From: Bacilli bacterium | GTDB taxonomy: Bacteria > Bacillota_I > Bacilli_A > RF39 > UBA660 | DNA length: 64,000 nucleotides | Reading direction: 5' to 3' | Assembly: GCA_900758495.1 (NCBI GenBank) | Contig: CAAERO010000005.1 | Span: 16,189 to 80,188 of the forward strand | In this document: positions 1 through 10,099 of the stretch, in pieces | Layout of the letters: each line of letters begins with the position of its first letter | Position numbering within the stretch: position 1 is the stretch's first letter | Program-made: the position numbers and the translations under genes | The notes under the pieces: generated by a model | Seen by the model: the letters and a program-made list of their open reading frames with translations, nothing else | Told to the model about the DNA's origin: nothing | The model's database searches: none

Positions 1-34
1 ATTTAAAAGCATCTCTAATACTTCTACCTAACAT
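1..34 (-). CDS. ftsX: cell-division ABC transporter permease FtsX, first 11 codons only (runs off the left edge)
   Basis: The ATG at 34-32 lies 11 nt after the ftsE TGA stop. MLGRSIRDAFK resembles FtsX N-termini, and ftsE-ftsX pairing is conserved. Confidence 0.5.
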   Translation of the reverse strand, partial: MLGRSIRDAFK

Positions 35-45
35 TCTGAAAAATC

Positions 46-735
46 TCATTCTTCATACTCCCCTTTCTCTACATGTTTTAATAAATGTCCATCTTTTAAG
101 ACTATTACTTCTTTTTTCATTTTATTAACAATATCTTTGTCATGAGTTGCCATAATAATGGTTGTTCCACAAGACTTATTAATTTGTTCTAGAACTTGCA
201 TTATCTCCATACTCATATCAGGATCCAAGTTTCCTGTTGGTTCATCACAAAGTAAAAGTTTAGGTTCATTTACAATAGCTCTTGCTATAGCAACACGTTG
301 TTGTTCTCCACCTGATAATTGATCTGGATAATTATGTATCTTATGTTTTAATCCAACTAATTCTATTGCTTTTAGAGTTTTCTTTCTAATTTCGTCACGT
401 CTAGCACCTAGAACTTCCATAGTGAAAGCAACATTTTCATAAACTGTAGACTTAGGTAATAGACGATAATCTTGAAATACAATTCCTAGCTTTCTTCTTA
501 GTTTATATACTTTTTTATTTCTAAGTTTTAAAACATTTAATCCACCAACAATTATTTCTCCTTTTGTTGGTTTTTCTTCGCGATATAACATCTTTATAAA
601 TGTACTTTTACCACTTCCACTTCCTCCAATCACAAAGACAAATGAGCCTTTTTTTATAGAAAGAGATAAATCATAGATAGCTGTTACACCATTTTTATAT
701 TGTTTGGTTACATTTTTAATTCTTATTAATTCCAT
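46..735 (-). CDS. ftsE: cell-division ATP-binding protein FtsE
   Basis: Walker A GGSGSGKST, ABC signature LSGGEQQRVAIARA and Walker B LLLCDEPTGNLD are present. RBS AAGGTGG sits 7 nt upstream of the ATG at 735, so the ORF-track start at 756 is probably an upstream in-frame Met. The gene ends in TGA. Confidence 0.9.
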   Translation of the reverse strand: MELIRIKNVTKQYKNGVTAIYDLSLSIKKGSFVFVIGGSGSGKSTFIKMLYREEKPTKGEIIVGGLNVLKLRNKKVYKLRRKLGIVFQDYRLLPKSTVYENVAFTMEVLGARRDEIRKKTLKAIELVGLKHKIHNYPDQLSGGEQQRVAIARAIVNEPKLLLCDEPTGNLDPDMSMEIMQVLEQINKSCGTTIIMATHDKDIVNKMKKEVIVLKDGHLLKHVEKGEYEE

Positions 736-843
736 CTTATCCCACCTTATATTCACTTAATATTTTAGCATAATTCGACTTTTTTTGATAGTGATAAATA
801 TTTCCTAAAGAAAAAAAGTGAAAAAAGTAAACTTTTTTACACT

Positions 844-1452
844 CTATTTTGTTATTATTATTAATGATTTATCTTTTCTTAGTATTTTATCCATTACTAT
901 TTTACTTATTATTAGAATAAAACTGGCATATAAAACTTTAGTATAAGTAAAGTACACTCCTCCTAGTATTACTATTATCATATTGATAAATAATGTGGTA
1001 TTACTAAGAGGAATCTTAAAGTACTTATAAAATATTTGACTAATAATATTAATTCCTCCGTTACTGAATCCTACTTTATACATAAATCCATTACTTATTC
1101 CTAAAGATATACCAATTATTAGACAACTTAGAAGTAAGTCAGAGGTATCTACTGTAATAATTTTAGTAACAGGTGATGTTATTGATACAAAAAATGGATA
1201 AATAAATGTTGCTAAAAGACTTGCTATTGTTTGTTCTTTAGATAAGAGTATTGTACTTAAAAAAAGACAAATACTACTACCTATAAAAATGATAATTGAT
1301 GGTGATACTTTTATTAGGTGATTAATAATGATTGCTATTCCATTCATTCCCCCAGTTACTAATTTAATTGGATATAAAAACAGATTAAAAATAATACTAG
1401 AAAAAAAGAGACAGATTATCAATACTCCATAACGATATAGAATATTTTTCAT
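844..1452 (-). CDS. YitT-family membrane protein, membrane domain only (no DUF2179-like C-terminal domain)
   Basis: A polytopic protein with the GG(M/V)(N/S)G(I/L) motif shared with the neighbouring YitT-type paralogue. It abuts the upstream gene. Confidence 0.6.
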   Translation of the reverse strand: MKNILYRYGVLIICLFFSSIIFNLFLYPIKLVTGGMNGIAIIINHLIKVSPSIIIFIGSSICLFLSTILLSKEQTIASLLATFIYPFFVSITSPVTKIITVDTSDLLLSCLIIGISLGISNGFMYKVGFSNGGINIISQIFYKYFKIPLSNTTLFINMIIVILGGVYFTYTKVLYASFILIISKIVMDKILRKDKSLIIITK

Positions 1453-2316
1453 CTATTCTCCTCCAAATACTTGATAAGCATCCGTTACTACAAAGAAAGC
1501 ATCTGGATCTATTAGATGTATTCCTTCTTTGAATCTATAATACTCTTTAGTTGGTATAACACTCATTAAAACGTTTTGATCTTTGTCTTTATAACCACCT
1601 GTTGCTTCAAATTTAGTAACTCCATGTTTCATTTCTCTTAGAATATATTCTTTAACTTCCTTATCTTTTTTAGTTATTATATAAAATGCTTTAGCATCAC
1701 TAATTCCTAGTAATACTCTATCCATTGCCCAAGTAACTAGATATAAAACTATCAAGGCATACATTAATTTATTAAATCCAAAAGCAAAGAATCCTAGTAA
1801 AACTATTGTTCCATCAGTAAATATCATTGCTTGGCCCATTCCAATTTTTAGTTTTTTAGATATAATCATATTTAAAATATCTGTTCCTCCAGTAGAAAAT
1901 CCAGCTTTAAAAATAAGTCCTGCTCCAACACCTTGAAGGAGTCCTCCAAAAATTGCTACTAAAAGCATTTCACTTTCATTAAAACTAACATATTTAGTTA
2001 AGAAACTTGTTAGATTTACAAAAATAGGAAATAAGATTGAACCTAAAATACTTAATTTTGTTTTTTCTTTGCCTAAGAATATATATGATAGAATTAATAA
2101 AAATATATTAGCTATCATTATTACATAAGATTGATTAAATTTAAAGAAATTATTTAAGACGATAGATAAACCACTTACTCCTCCTGCTACTATGTTATTA
2201 GGGGAATAAAATAAATTAAATGCAAGAGCTACTAGTAAACAACCAAAGATAAATTGTGTATATCTTTTTATTTTACTATGCTGATAAATATTATTAACAA
2301 TTGCCTTGGGTTTCAT
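1453..2316 (-). CDS. YitT-family membrane protein with C-terminal DUF2179-like domain
   Basis: AGGVSGLSIV and GFSTGGTDIL membrane repeats, followed by a soluble C-terminal domain (VTKFEATGGY...VVTDAYQVFGG) typical of YitT/YqfU proteins. Confidence 0.7.
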   Translation of the reverse strand: MKPKAIVNNIYQHSKIKRYTQFIFGCLLVALAFNLFYSPNNIVAGGVSGLSIVLNNFFKFNQSYVIMIANIFLLILSYIFLGKEKTKLSILGSILFPIFVNLTSFLTKYVSFNESEMLLVAIFGGLLQGVGAGLIFKAGFSTGGTDILNMIISKKLKIGMGQAMIFTDGTIVLLGFFAFGFNKLMYALIVLYLVTWAMDRVLLGISDAKAFYIITKKDKEVKEYILREMKHGVTKFEATGGYKDKDQNVLMSVIPTKEYYRFKEGIHLIDPDAFFVVTDAYQVFGGE

Positions 2317-3413
2317 TTTTTGCTCCTTTCAAATATGCCTCCATAAATGGAGTTAAGTCACCATCTAAAACTTTAGTTACATTACTTGTTTCATAGGATG
2401 TTCTATGATCTTTTACCATTGAATATGGATGCATTACATAACTTCTTATTTGTGAACCAAACTCTATATTCATTTGTTCACCTTTTTCTTTTGCTAGTTC
2501 TTGTTCTTTTTTCTGTTGTTCTAATACATAAAGCTTAGACTTTAAGACTTGTAGAGCTGTTTCTTTATTCTGAATTTGACTTCTTTCATTCTGACAAGTT
2601 ACTACTATACCAGTAGGAATATGCGTTACTCTTACAGCACTATCAGTAGTATTTACTCCTTGACCTCCTGCTCCTGTTGAACGATATACATCTATTCTTA
2701 TATCCTTTTCATCTATGTTTATATCTATATTTTTATCTATTTCTGGAGTTACATCAACACTTGCAAAGGAGGTATGACGACGATTGGAAGAATCAAATGG
2801 AGATAACCTAACTAAACGATGAACACCTTTTTCTTCTTTTAAATATCCATAAGCATAGCTACCATCTACTTTGAAAGACACACTTTTAATACCAGCTTCT
2901 TCTCCTGCTTGATAATTATATAATGTTACTTTATAGCCTTGTCTTTCACAGTATCTTAGATACATTCTATATAACATTTCTGCCCAATCACAAGCTTCTG
3001 TTCCACCAGCTCCTGAATGAATATCAATAGTACAAGAATTAGCATCATATTCACTATCAAATAGTAAATATATTTCAAATTGTTCTACTTCTTCTTTTAA
3101 TTTATCATAATCTTTTACTAATGTTTCTTCTAACTCATTATCTGGTTCTAGGGATAATAGTTCTATTAAATCTAGAGCATTCTTAGTATCTCCTTTATAT
3201 GAAATTATATTCTCTAAAATTGCATTTATGTTGCTAAGCTCAGAGAAAACACTTTCTCTCAATTCTTTATTATCCCAGAATCCTTCTTCTAGTTGTTTCT
3301 TTTCTAGTTTCTCTTTTTCTGTTACTTTCTTATCACAGTCAAAGTAACCTCCAAAGTTCTTCTAGTTTATTATTTAGTCTTTCATAATTTCTTTTAAGTT
3401 CAGTCAATTCCAT
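2294..3413 (-). CDS. prfB: peptide chain release factor 2, requiring a programmed +1 frameshift
   Basis: GGQ motif (STGAGGQGVNTTDSAVR) and SPF motif (RLSPFD) are present. The first 24 codons (MELTELKRNYERLNNKLEELWRLL) run from the ATG at 3413 and end at an in-frame TGA. The +1 frame then continues as DCDKKVTEKEKLE... into the long ORF. RBS AAAGGAGAG is upstream. Confidence 0.9.
3338..3353 (-). promoter_or_regulatory. prfB: RF2 autoregulatory +1 frameshift site (internal SD-like GGAGG, then CTT TGA C)
   Basis: The minus strand reads TGGAGGTTACTTTGAC. This is the canonical CUU UGA C slippery/stop context, preceded by a Shine-Dalgarno-like GGAGG. Confidence 0.85.
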
Positions 3414-3589
3414 AAATTAATCTCTCCTTTTATTCACATTTTAACAAATAATTATTTTTAAAGCAATTAAATGTATATTTTATAAACTGTTACATATTCT
3501 ATTACTGGGAAGGGTTCACGAAGTAGTGAAGATTCCCATTAAATATAGATGATACTATTAAGTATCAAAAAAACAATGTAATCAAAAGA

Positions 3590-4516
3590 TTAGATTGTTT
3601 TTTCTTTTATTTTAGTTTTAGTTGCAGATATTAATGATAACTCACTATCTAATGAAGAAATAACATCTTCTTTTTTTATTTTTGATAGTTGATTTTGCAA
3701 CTTCTCACACTCTTCACGACTATTAGTTTCCGTATACATTTTTAGTGATGGTAATAAAATAAAAGGTTCTTTACAAATTCCTACTGTCCTCTTAATGTAG
3801 TCAAGTTGAAAATCATGTTTTACTCCATCTATTATTCTTAGTGTTGGCATTAATAGTCCTGTACTTTTATAATATTCATCTTTAGCAAGTTTTTCAATAA
3901 ACTTTACTTGTCTTTCACTTTTAGAACTATTAATAGAATCAGCTGCCGTTAATAATTGTTCTTTATTTAATTCTTCTTGATCATATAATAATTCATTTAT
4001 CCCTCTAGCTTGATACTCTTCTTTACTATTTAAAACTTTACTAGCTAGTTCTAATGATATATCTTCTTTTATAGCTTCACTATTTAATAAGATATTTCGT
4101 TCTGCTATTCTTTGATAACTTTCTTTTGACTTTTTTAGTATTATTAGTGACTCTTCTACCTCATTATTCTTATGAATACTAGAACTACACATAACATCTC
4201 TCATACAATTAAGTAATATATCATCATTTGTTCTTGATAAGATAAAGGAATAATCTAAAATTTCTTCTTTTGATAAGAATGAATAACATAATAGTTTTCT
4301 TAAACCTTTAGAGTATCTATTGGTTATTAAGTCTTTTAACTCTTCTTTAGTAAATTTTCCTTCCTGTATAGTACTAACTGACATTAATTCTAAGATCCTT
4401 TCTATCTGTTTTTTATCAGTAGTTTCACTAAGCAATGTTACTACTAACATATCCTCTTTAGATAACTTAACATCATATCCCATATTCTTTAATTTTTCTT
4501 CTACTTCTTTTAGCAC
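3590..4516 (-). CDS. hypothetical protein (308 aa, helical, Lys/Glu-rich)
   Basis: A long ORF with a GTG start and GGAGG 6 nt upstream. No family recognised. Confidence 0.5.
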   Translation of the reverse strand: MLKEVEEKLKNMGYDVKLSKEDMLVVTLLSETTDKKQIERILELMSVSTIQEGKFTKEELKDLITNRYSKGLRKLLCYSFLSKEEILDYSFILSRTNDDILLNCMRDVMCSSSIHKNNEVEESLIILKKSKESYQRIAERNILLNSEAIKEDISLELASKVLNSKEEYQARGINELLYDQEELNKEQLLTAADSINSSKSERQVKFIEKLAKDEYYKSTGLLMPTLRIIDGVKHDFQLDYIKRTVGICKEPFILLPSLKMYTETNSREECEKLQNQLSKIKKEDVISSLDSELSLISATKTKIKEKTI

Positions 4517-4606
4517 TTTAAACCTCCAAAATATTGCTAGAAATACTATAACACATATTTAACTAATTATTAATTATTTTATTAAAAAAATGACCAATCA
4601 TTTGCA

Positions 4607-5137
4607 CTAGCCATTAGTTTTTGTTAATACTTTTTGGTATGCCGTAGTTTCTCCTTCTTTTACACAATCAACAAAGAACTTATTTCTCATTTTATAATAT
4701 CCATGCCAATCATTTCTTTTATTAGTTTTTATAACAGTATGTTCACTTTCAAAATCTAATTGACTTGATGGCATAATACAGTTATGCATTTTGTCATTTT
4801 CTAAATTGACATATAATAAGAAATTATCTTTTACACTAGGAGTAGTACCAAAAGTATCTAAATATTCTTCTAAAGTATATTTACCAATTAAAAACCAAAT
4901 ATCATTAGTTTCTTGTATAATACCTCGCGTATATTTTCCAAGTTCATGAATTGCAATTTCTTTATCATTGTTTAAATTTAAACCATTTTCTAACTCTTCT
5001 TTTAAATGCAATAAATGAATATATCTTTTAACTTTAGGATTTTTTTCTAGTTCTTGCATTTCCTCAAAGTTTGATCTAATTATTTCTTTTACATCTTCTA
5101 TATCTAATCTTAAATTTTCTAAAATTTCTTGTTTCAT
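4607..5137 (-). CDS. hypothetical protein (176 aa)
   Basis: The ATG at 5137 is preceded by GGGGGA. The ORF-track start at 5206 lacks an RBS. No family recognised. Confidence 0.5.
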   Translation of the reverse strand: MKQEILENLRLDIEDVKEIIRSNFEEMQELEKNPKVKRYIHLLHLKEELENGLNLNNDKEIAIHELGKYTRGIIQETNDIWFLIGKYTLEEYLDTFGTTPSVKDNFLLYVNLENDKMHNCIMPSSQLDFESEHTVIKTNKRNDWHGYYKMRNKFFVDCVKEGETTAYQKVLTKTNG

Positions 5138-5332
5138 TTTATTCCCCCAATCTATAAATCTATATAAAAAATAACTCAATACACTAATATACTTTAAAAA
5201 AAACATTTATATGCATAAATGGCATACTAGTTATATAATATTTTCCTTTTTATCACAAATTATTTTTTTGTTTTATCTTAGAAAAAAAGCAAAAATGATA
5301 CATATTTTATAAGCTATGTATCATTTTTATAA

Positions 5333-5836
5333 TTATATTTCTTCAAACAAATATACATTTTCAGGTAATTTTATTCTTTCAAATACTCTTTGTTTTATTA
5401 ATTTTCCACCCATATGTTTATAAAATTCATTTGTAGGATTAGCTGCTAAACAACCTACTATCATCTTTGTAAATCCCATATTTTTTAATTCTTTAATTGC
5501 TATAGCAAATAGCTTTCTACCATAACCATGTCCTTTATAATTATTTATCAAGTATAAAGCATACAACTCTCCACAATCATTATATTCAGCATCATCAGAT
5601 ACATCTAAATTAATAAACCCTACTATTTCATTATTTATTTCAAGAACATATTGATGATTAATATTCTCATCAAACTCTTTATAGGAGTTAGTTGCTCTTT
5701 CTTGTTCGTTTAAATAAAGATCATCTAAAAATTCATCATTTACTATACCTCTATAAGTTTCATTCCATGCAGTTGTTACTATTTTTGCTACAGAAAAGCA
5801 ATCATTTTTATCCATTTTTCTTATAATATAATCCAT
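5333..5836 (-). CDS. GNAT family N-acetyltransferase
   Basis: Acetyl-CoA binding motif YKGHGYGRKLF; AAGGAG RBS before the ATG at 5836. Confidence 0.8.
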   Translation of the reverse strand: MDYIIRKMDKNDCFSVAKIVTTAWNETYRGIVNDEFLDDLYLNEQERATNSYKEFDENINHQYVLEINNEIVGFINLDVSDDAEYNDCGELYALYLINNYKGHGYGRKLFAIAIKELKNMGFTKMIVGCLAANPTNEFYKHMGGKLIKQRVFERIKLPENVYLFEEI

Positions 5837-6204
5837 ATTTTTCTCCTTCACTATATGATGATTATTATTTAATTTTACTTAGTACTTTTGAGCATTTTAA
5901 ATATATAGTACTTTCTATCTTATAAATATTATTGATTTTTATATCCCATTAAATAAACTTTTATATCTAATATCAATAGCTATCCTAAATAATAATAAGA
6001 TAACTTTATAAAACCAGTAAGAAATAGTATCAAATTAAAATTCTAGAACTAATTTTTATATAAATTAATTACTAACACAATTATATATAAGTTAATTACT
6101 CTTTTAAATATACTTTCTCCTTGTAATTTTTTTGTACTTTCAAGTTAAGTATAGTATAATTAATATAGATATTAACTATAAAAAAAAGGCCTTTCTATAG
6201 CCTT

Positions 6205-6990
6205 TTATTGATTATCTTGAAGTATTATTTGTCCATCCATAATTGGTATATTTGGATAGCTTTCATCCATTAATGTAAAGTTTCTAAGTGGAGTAGTAAA
6301 CATTGAATATCTAATCCCATAAGAAGATATAAATTCTGTTCCTAGTGGTCTGGCTGGTCCTTGTGGACCTCTTTCTCCAGTAGCACCTTTTTCACCTTTT
6401 GGAATTAAAAATGCTAAATGATGTACCCAGTTTTCAAAGGTATCCATAACTTGAGCTGGTTCACCTGGTTCTAAAGTTTCTGTATAATCAATAGCTATAT
6501 GTTCTGTCCTTCCTATTTCTCCTGGTAATCCCCTTGGTCCCATATCTCCTTGGTCACCTTTCTCTCCCTTTGGTATTTTAAAATCTAAAAATACATCAAT
6601 AGGTGTACCAGTATTTACAACTTCTGCATCTTCTGTTGGATCAATTGTTTCAACAGTTCCAATTTGAATAGTGGCTGGTCCTTGATCTCCTTTAGGTCTG
6701 GGAATTCCTTGAGGTCCTATTTTTCCCTCTATCCCTTACTCACCTTTTGGTATTCTAAATCTTAAAACTACATCTTCATTTGTACCAATAGTTTCTACTT
6801 TAGCTTCTTGATGTGACTCTACTGTTTATGTAATACCTACTTCTATAGTAGCAGGTCCTTCTACTCCTCTATCTCCAGTAGCACCATTTTCTCCTTTAGG
6901 TCCTGTTGGTTCTTGAATATAACAATTTCTACATTTATCTATTCTTTTTTTTAACTTTTCAAAATTATCATTATTGTAAATAATTCTACT
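6205..6990 (-). pseudogene. collagen-like (G-X-Y) modular repeat protein, disrupted
   Basis: Translation gives three modules of G-X-Y runs (PKGENGATGDRGVEGP, GPQGIPRPKGDQGP, KGEKGDQGDMGPRGLPGE, KGEKGATGERGPQGP). These alternate with ~25-aa ATI(E/Q)(V/I)G...(F)xIPKGE linkers. In-frame TAA stops lie at 6826-6828 and 6736-6738, and no start codon is evident. Confidence 0.6.
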
Positions 6991-7033
6991 GTTAAAGAAA
7001 AAAACTATTCCTTTGAATAGTCTATTATAAATA

Positions 7034-7864
7034 TCATTTTGATAAAACTTCTACTACAGATTTTGCCATTGCTCTTTTACCTTTTGTTGGAACAAAATTA
7101 TTTATAAATAAATTATCTTCATTATGTTTCAAACCAAAGTAAGCAAAGAAACTAAATACTAAAGCACCAACAAAGTTAACAAATAAATCTTTCATCGTAT
7201 CGTTTATACCTATATCTAAATAACCCTTATCTATTGTTTGGATTATATTTCCCTTATTATCATAAATAACTGTTTTTCCAATATTATCAATTATGACTGG
7301 CTTATTTTTACCATCAGGATTTAATGCTACTGATGATATTTCTTGTACAATCGTATCTTTTTGCATATCGAGTTTTAAGATTTTATCGCTTCCATATTCA
7401 AAAAATTCCCATAGTACTCCTATCGTCATAGAAAAACAAAAAGCTACTAAACACAAATAAAATGGTGATAAATTAATATGTGTACTATTATTGTTTAATA
7501 AATTTACTAAGGAAAAACCAACAGCTGTCGCTAAAAATCCATTAATTGTATGTAGCATTGTATCCCAATAAGGAATTATTCCATAGAAATTATTAATTTC
7601 ACCTAATATTTCAGCAGAAAATATAAATAGGTATATAGCTATTTCTAATCCATCTGGCAAAGTTATTTCAAATTTATTTTGAATAAATAATGGTGCAAAT
7701 AATAATATTAATGATAATAAACATAATAAAGCATTATTTAAATCTCCTCTTATAAGCTGAAGCACCATACATAATATAACTAAAAATCTCAATATTAAAT
7801 ATATAGCTAGAGAACTTCTTTTATTTTCTTTATAAGCCATTTTGATTAATTTTTGAACTTTCAT
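7034..7864 (-). CDS. polytopic membrane protein (possibly YjdF/DUF2238-like; family uncertain)
   Basis: 276-aa ORF with about 6 hydrophobic segments and RBS AGGGGAAG upstream. Confidence 0.55.
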   Translation of the reverse strand: MKVQKLIKMAYKENKRSSLAIYLILRFLVILCMVLQLIRGDLNNALLCLLSLILLFAPLFIQNKFEITLPDGLEIAIYLFIFSAEILGEINNFYGIIPYWDTMLHTINGFLATAVGFSLVNLLNNNSTHINLSPFYLCLVAFCFSMTIGVLWEFFEYGSDKILKLDMQKDTIVQEISSVALNPDGKNKPVIIDNIGKTVIYDNKGNIIQTIDKGYLDIGINDTMKDLFVNFVGALVFSFFAYFGLKHNEDNLFINNFVPTKGKRAMAKSVVEVLSK

Positions 7865-7905
7865 TTTTCTCTTCCCCTTTAGTTTTGAAATTTAATTTGT
7901 TCTCC
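7850..7905. repeat. left copy of a ~56-bp direct repeat flanking the HAD-NUDIX module
   Basis: ttttgaactttcatttttctcttcccctttagttttgaaatttaatttgttctcc. The copy at 9080-9136 is almost identical (one indel, three substitutions). Confidence 0.85.
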
Positions 7906-8475
7906 TTTATTTAAATAATTTAAGTAGAAATTAATTAAATCTTTATCCATTAAATTTTCAGGTACTTCCTCTGGTTTAAAGAATTTTAATCTTTTAGTTT
8001 CAGAATCGCCTTTTAAATTATTAACGTCAATATTAGATATTTTTGCTAAATAAAGTGATGTATTGTTATAAACTATATCTCCGTTTAGATAACTATTCTT
8101 TCTTGATTTACCAGATAATGTATCTATTAGAATAATACTATTTGCCTCTATTTTTAATCCTGTTTCTTCATAAGCTTCTCTTACTGCAGTTTCTCTTAAA
8201 TCTTCTCCAAGCTCTTGACATCCTCCTGGTAGTCCCCATTTATTTCTATCCGTTCTTTCTTGAAGTAGTATTTCACCTTTATCATTTTCAATAACAATGG
8301 CAGATCCAGTTTGTATAAAAGGTATATGACAGATTCTACTATCTAAAGCCATCCTAAATAATACTGGATATCCTCCATAATTTTTACTTAAATTTAATAA
8401 TTCATCTTCACTTAAACTTAAAACTAGATTAACAAATTCTTCATGAGTATATTCTCTCATATTTTTTAATTTCAT
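7879..8475 (-). CDS. NUDIX hydrolase
   Basis: Nudix box GLPGGCQELGEDLRETAVREAYEETGL. AAGGAGAG RBS before the ATG at 8475. The last 8 aa (GEQIKFQN) are identical to the C-terminus of the hydrolase at 9109-10083. Confidence 0.8.
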   Translation of the reverse strand: MKLKNMREYTHEEFVNLVLSLSEDELLNLSKNYGGYPVLFRMALDSRICHIPFIQTGSAIVIENDKGEILLQERTDRNKWGLPGGCQELGEDLRETAVREAYEETGLKIEANSIILIDTLSGKSRKNSYLNGDIVYNNTSLYLAKISNIDVNNLKGDSETKRLKFFKPEEVPENLMDKDLINFYLNYLNKGEQIKFQN

Positions 8476-9046
8476 ACCACTCTCCTTCATTTAACATTAG
8501 GTATTTATATATCTCTCCCCAGTTATTTACATTTATAACTTTTTCTTTATCAACTTTATTTGATGCATTATTTTTAAAATACAACGCACATATTCCATTA
8601 TCAGCTGCGTTTATACAAATATTATCGTCATCGTCAATTATATAATAAACATGTTTCTCTAATAACTTCTCTATTTTATGATGTTCATTATTAAAGATTT
8701 TAATATTTTCAAATCCAATAGTTTTTAATTTTTCTCTTGCTATTTCAGTCTCAAAGTCATTTCTAGATGTTACTACAATAAATTTAAAATGATTTTTTAG
8801 TTTATTTAATACTATAGCAACACCAGTCATGAAATTTGCTGTAGTTAATATTTTTTCCACATTAGTATTATAAAATTCCTTAAATTCTTCTTCAGTCCAA
8901 TTATATCTCTTTTGAAATATTCTCTGAGTATTATCTATAATATTATCTTTTCCATTCTTTTCTACATCATATATTTCTGTATATACTCTATATAAATTTT
9001 CAGAATCAAATACAACTCCATCCAAATCAAGTGCTATTGCTTTCAT
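8441..9046 (-). CDS. HAD-superfamily hydrolase
   Basis: N-terminal DxD motif (IALDLDGVVFD) and a later IIDDD motif. Confidence 0.7.
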   Translation of the reverse strand: MKAIALDLDGVVFDSENLYRVYTEIYDVEKNGKDNIIDNTQRIFQKRYNWTEEEFKEFYNTNVEKILTTANFMTGVAIVLNKLKNHFKFIVVTSRNDFETEIAREKLKTIGFENIKIFNNEHHKIEKLLEKHVYYIIDDDDNICINAADNGICALYFKNNASNKVDKEKVINVNNWGEIYKYLMLNEGEWYEIKKYERIYS

Positions 9047-9079
9047 TTCTATACCCCCAAATATCCATTATATATTATT

Positions 9080-9136
9080 TTTTGAACTTTCATTTTTCTC
9101 TTTCCCCTTTAGTTTTGGAACTTAATTTGTTCACCT
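9080..9136. repeat. right copy of the ~56-bp direct repeat
   Basis: ttttgaactttcatttttctctttcccctttagttttggaacttaatttgttcacc. It contains an orphan copy of the RBS and the MKVQK start of the membrane-protein gene at 7864. Confidence 0.85.
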
Positions 9137-10083
9137 GTTATCAAAGGGTAATGAATTAATAAATTGCTATTAAGTTCTTCTTTATGCATATCTACAGCAC
9201 TAATTTGATGATTATTATAGGTTGTATAATAATAGATACCTTTACTAGTATTGCAACAAGAAGTGTATATAGTAATTTCAAATTTATTTTCTCCTAAATT
9301 ACAACATCCTCTTTGTTGATCAACCGAATTTAGAATATGAAAGAATTGACTTATGCTTTCACATTCATCTTCTTTTGATAAAGAATTCATTTTAACAAAT
9401 GCTACTCTAACAAATCGTGACATACTTGATAAATCACCCGGTAAACCCAATCCTCCCATTCCTCTACTGTATGTATCAAAGGTTAGTTTACTATTAAAAG
9501 TATTTTCTTTATTTTCTGTAGATAATTGACTATAATTGTTTAAATTGAATAACTGCTTATCAAATGTGGGATTATTGGTTAACACACCTACTGGATTATC
9601 ATATATTTTAATTCCTTCTTTTACTGACTCCAAAGTAATAGATTCTTCTTTATCAGATATAATCCAATGTAATTGAGCAAGTGGTAGGTCACTATTAAAT
9701 TTATCATTGGTAATATTTATTTTTTGTAATAACATTCTAGTTTCTTTTACAGAAGAACACTGACTTAATAAGTAAGGAATTAATTCAAATTGAGCTACAT
9801 TTTCTTTTTCTTTTTGTTCTTCATTATAATGGGCATTACCAACAAAATTTAATCCAGCTATTGCTAAACCTTTTTCATTTACAGCATCATAATATAAAGG
9901 ATAATCATTCATTATATATGCCATACCTATTATTGCATAATGACTATTTAAGTTCTTAACTCTTCTAAATTTAAATTCATAATTTCTTGGTGTTATAGTA
10001 ACTTCTTCATTATACGAGTATTCATAATCTAATGTTCTACCAAAATAGAAATCTTTTGTTTTATAAGTTGCAGCTGTACACAT
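9109..10083 (-). CDS. choloylglycine (bile salt) hydrolase / linear amide C-N hydrolase, Ntn family
   Basis: The N-terminus MCTAATYKTKDFYFGRTLDYEYSY has the Cys2 nucleophile, and the length (324 aa) is typical of the CBAH family. Confidence 0.8.
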   Translation of the reverse strand: MCTAATYKTKDFYFGRTLDYEYSYNEEVTITPRNYEFKFRRVKNLNSHYAIIGMAYIMNDYPLYYDAVNEKGLAIAGLNFVGNAHYNEEQKEKENVAQFELIPYLLSQCSSVKETRMLLQKINITNDKFNSDLPLAQLHWIISDKEESITLESVKEGIKIYDNPVGVLTNNPTFDKQLFNLNNYSQLSTENKENTFNSKLTFDTYSRGMGGLGLPGDLSSMSRFVRVAFVKMNSLSKEDECESISQFFHILNSVDQQRGCCNLGENKFEITIYTSCCNTSKGIYYYTTYNNHQISAVDMHKEELNSNLLIHYPLITGEQIKFQN

Positions 10084-10099
10084 ATTTCTTCCTCTTTTC

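Noticed and set aside
6205-6543. The 112-aa ORF taken as an intact collagen-like gene.
   Set aside because: The reading frame continues upstream without a start signal through further G-X-Y modules that contain two in-frame stops. The Met is internal, so the whole region was treated as one pseudogene.
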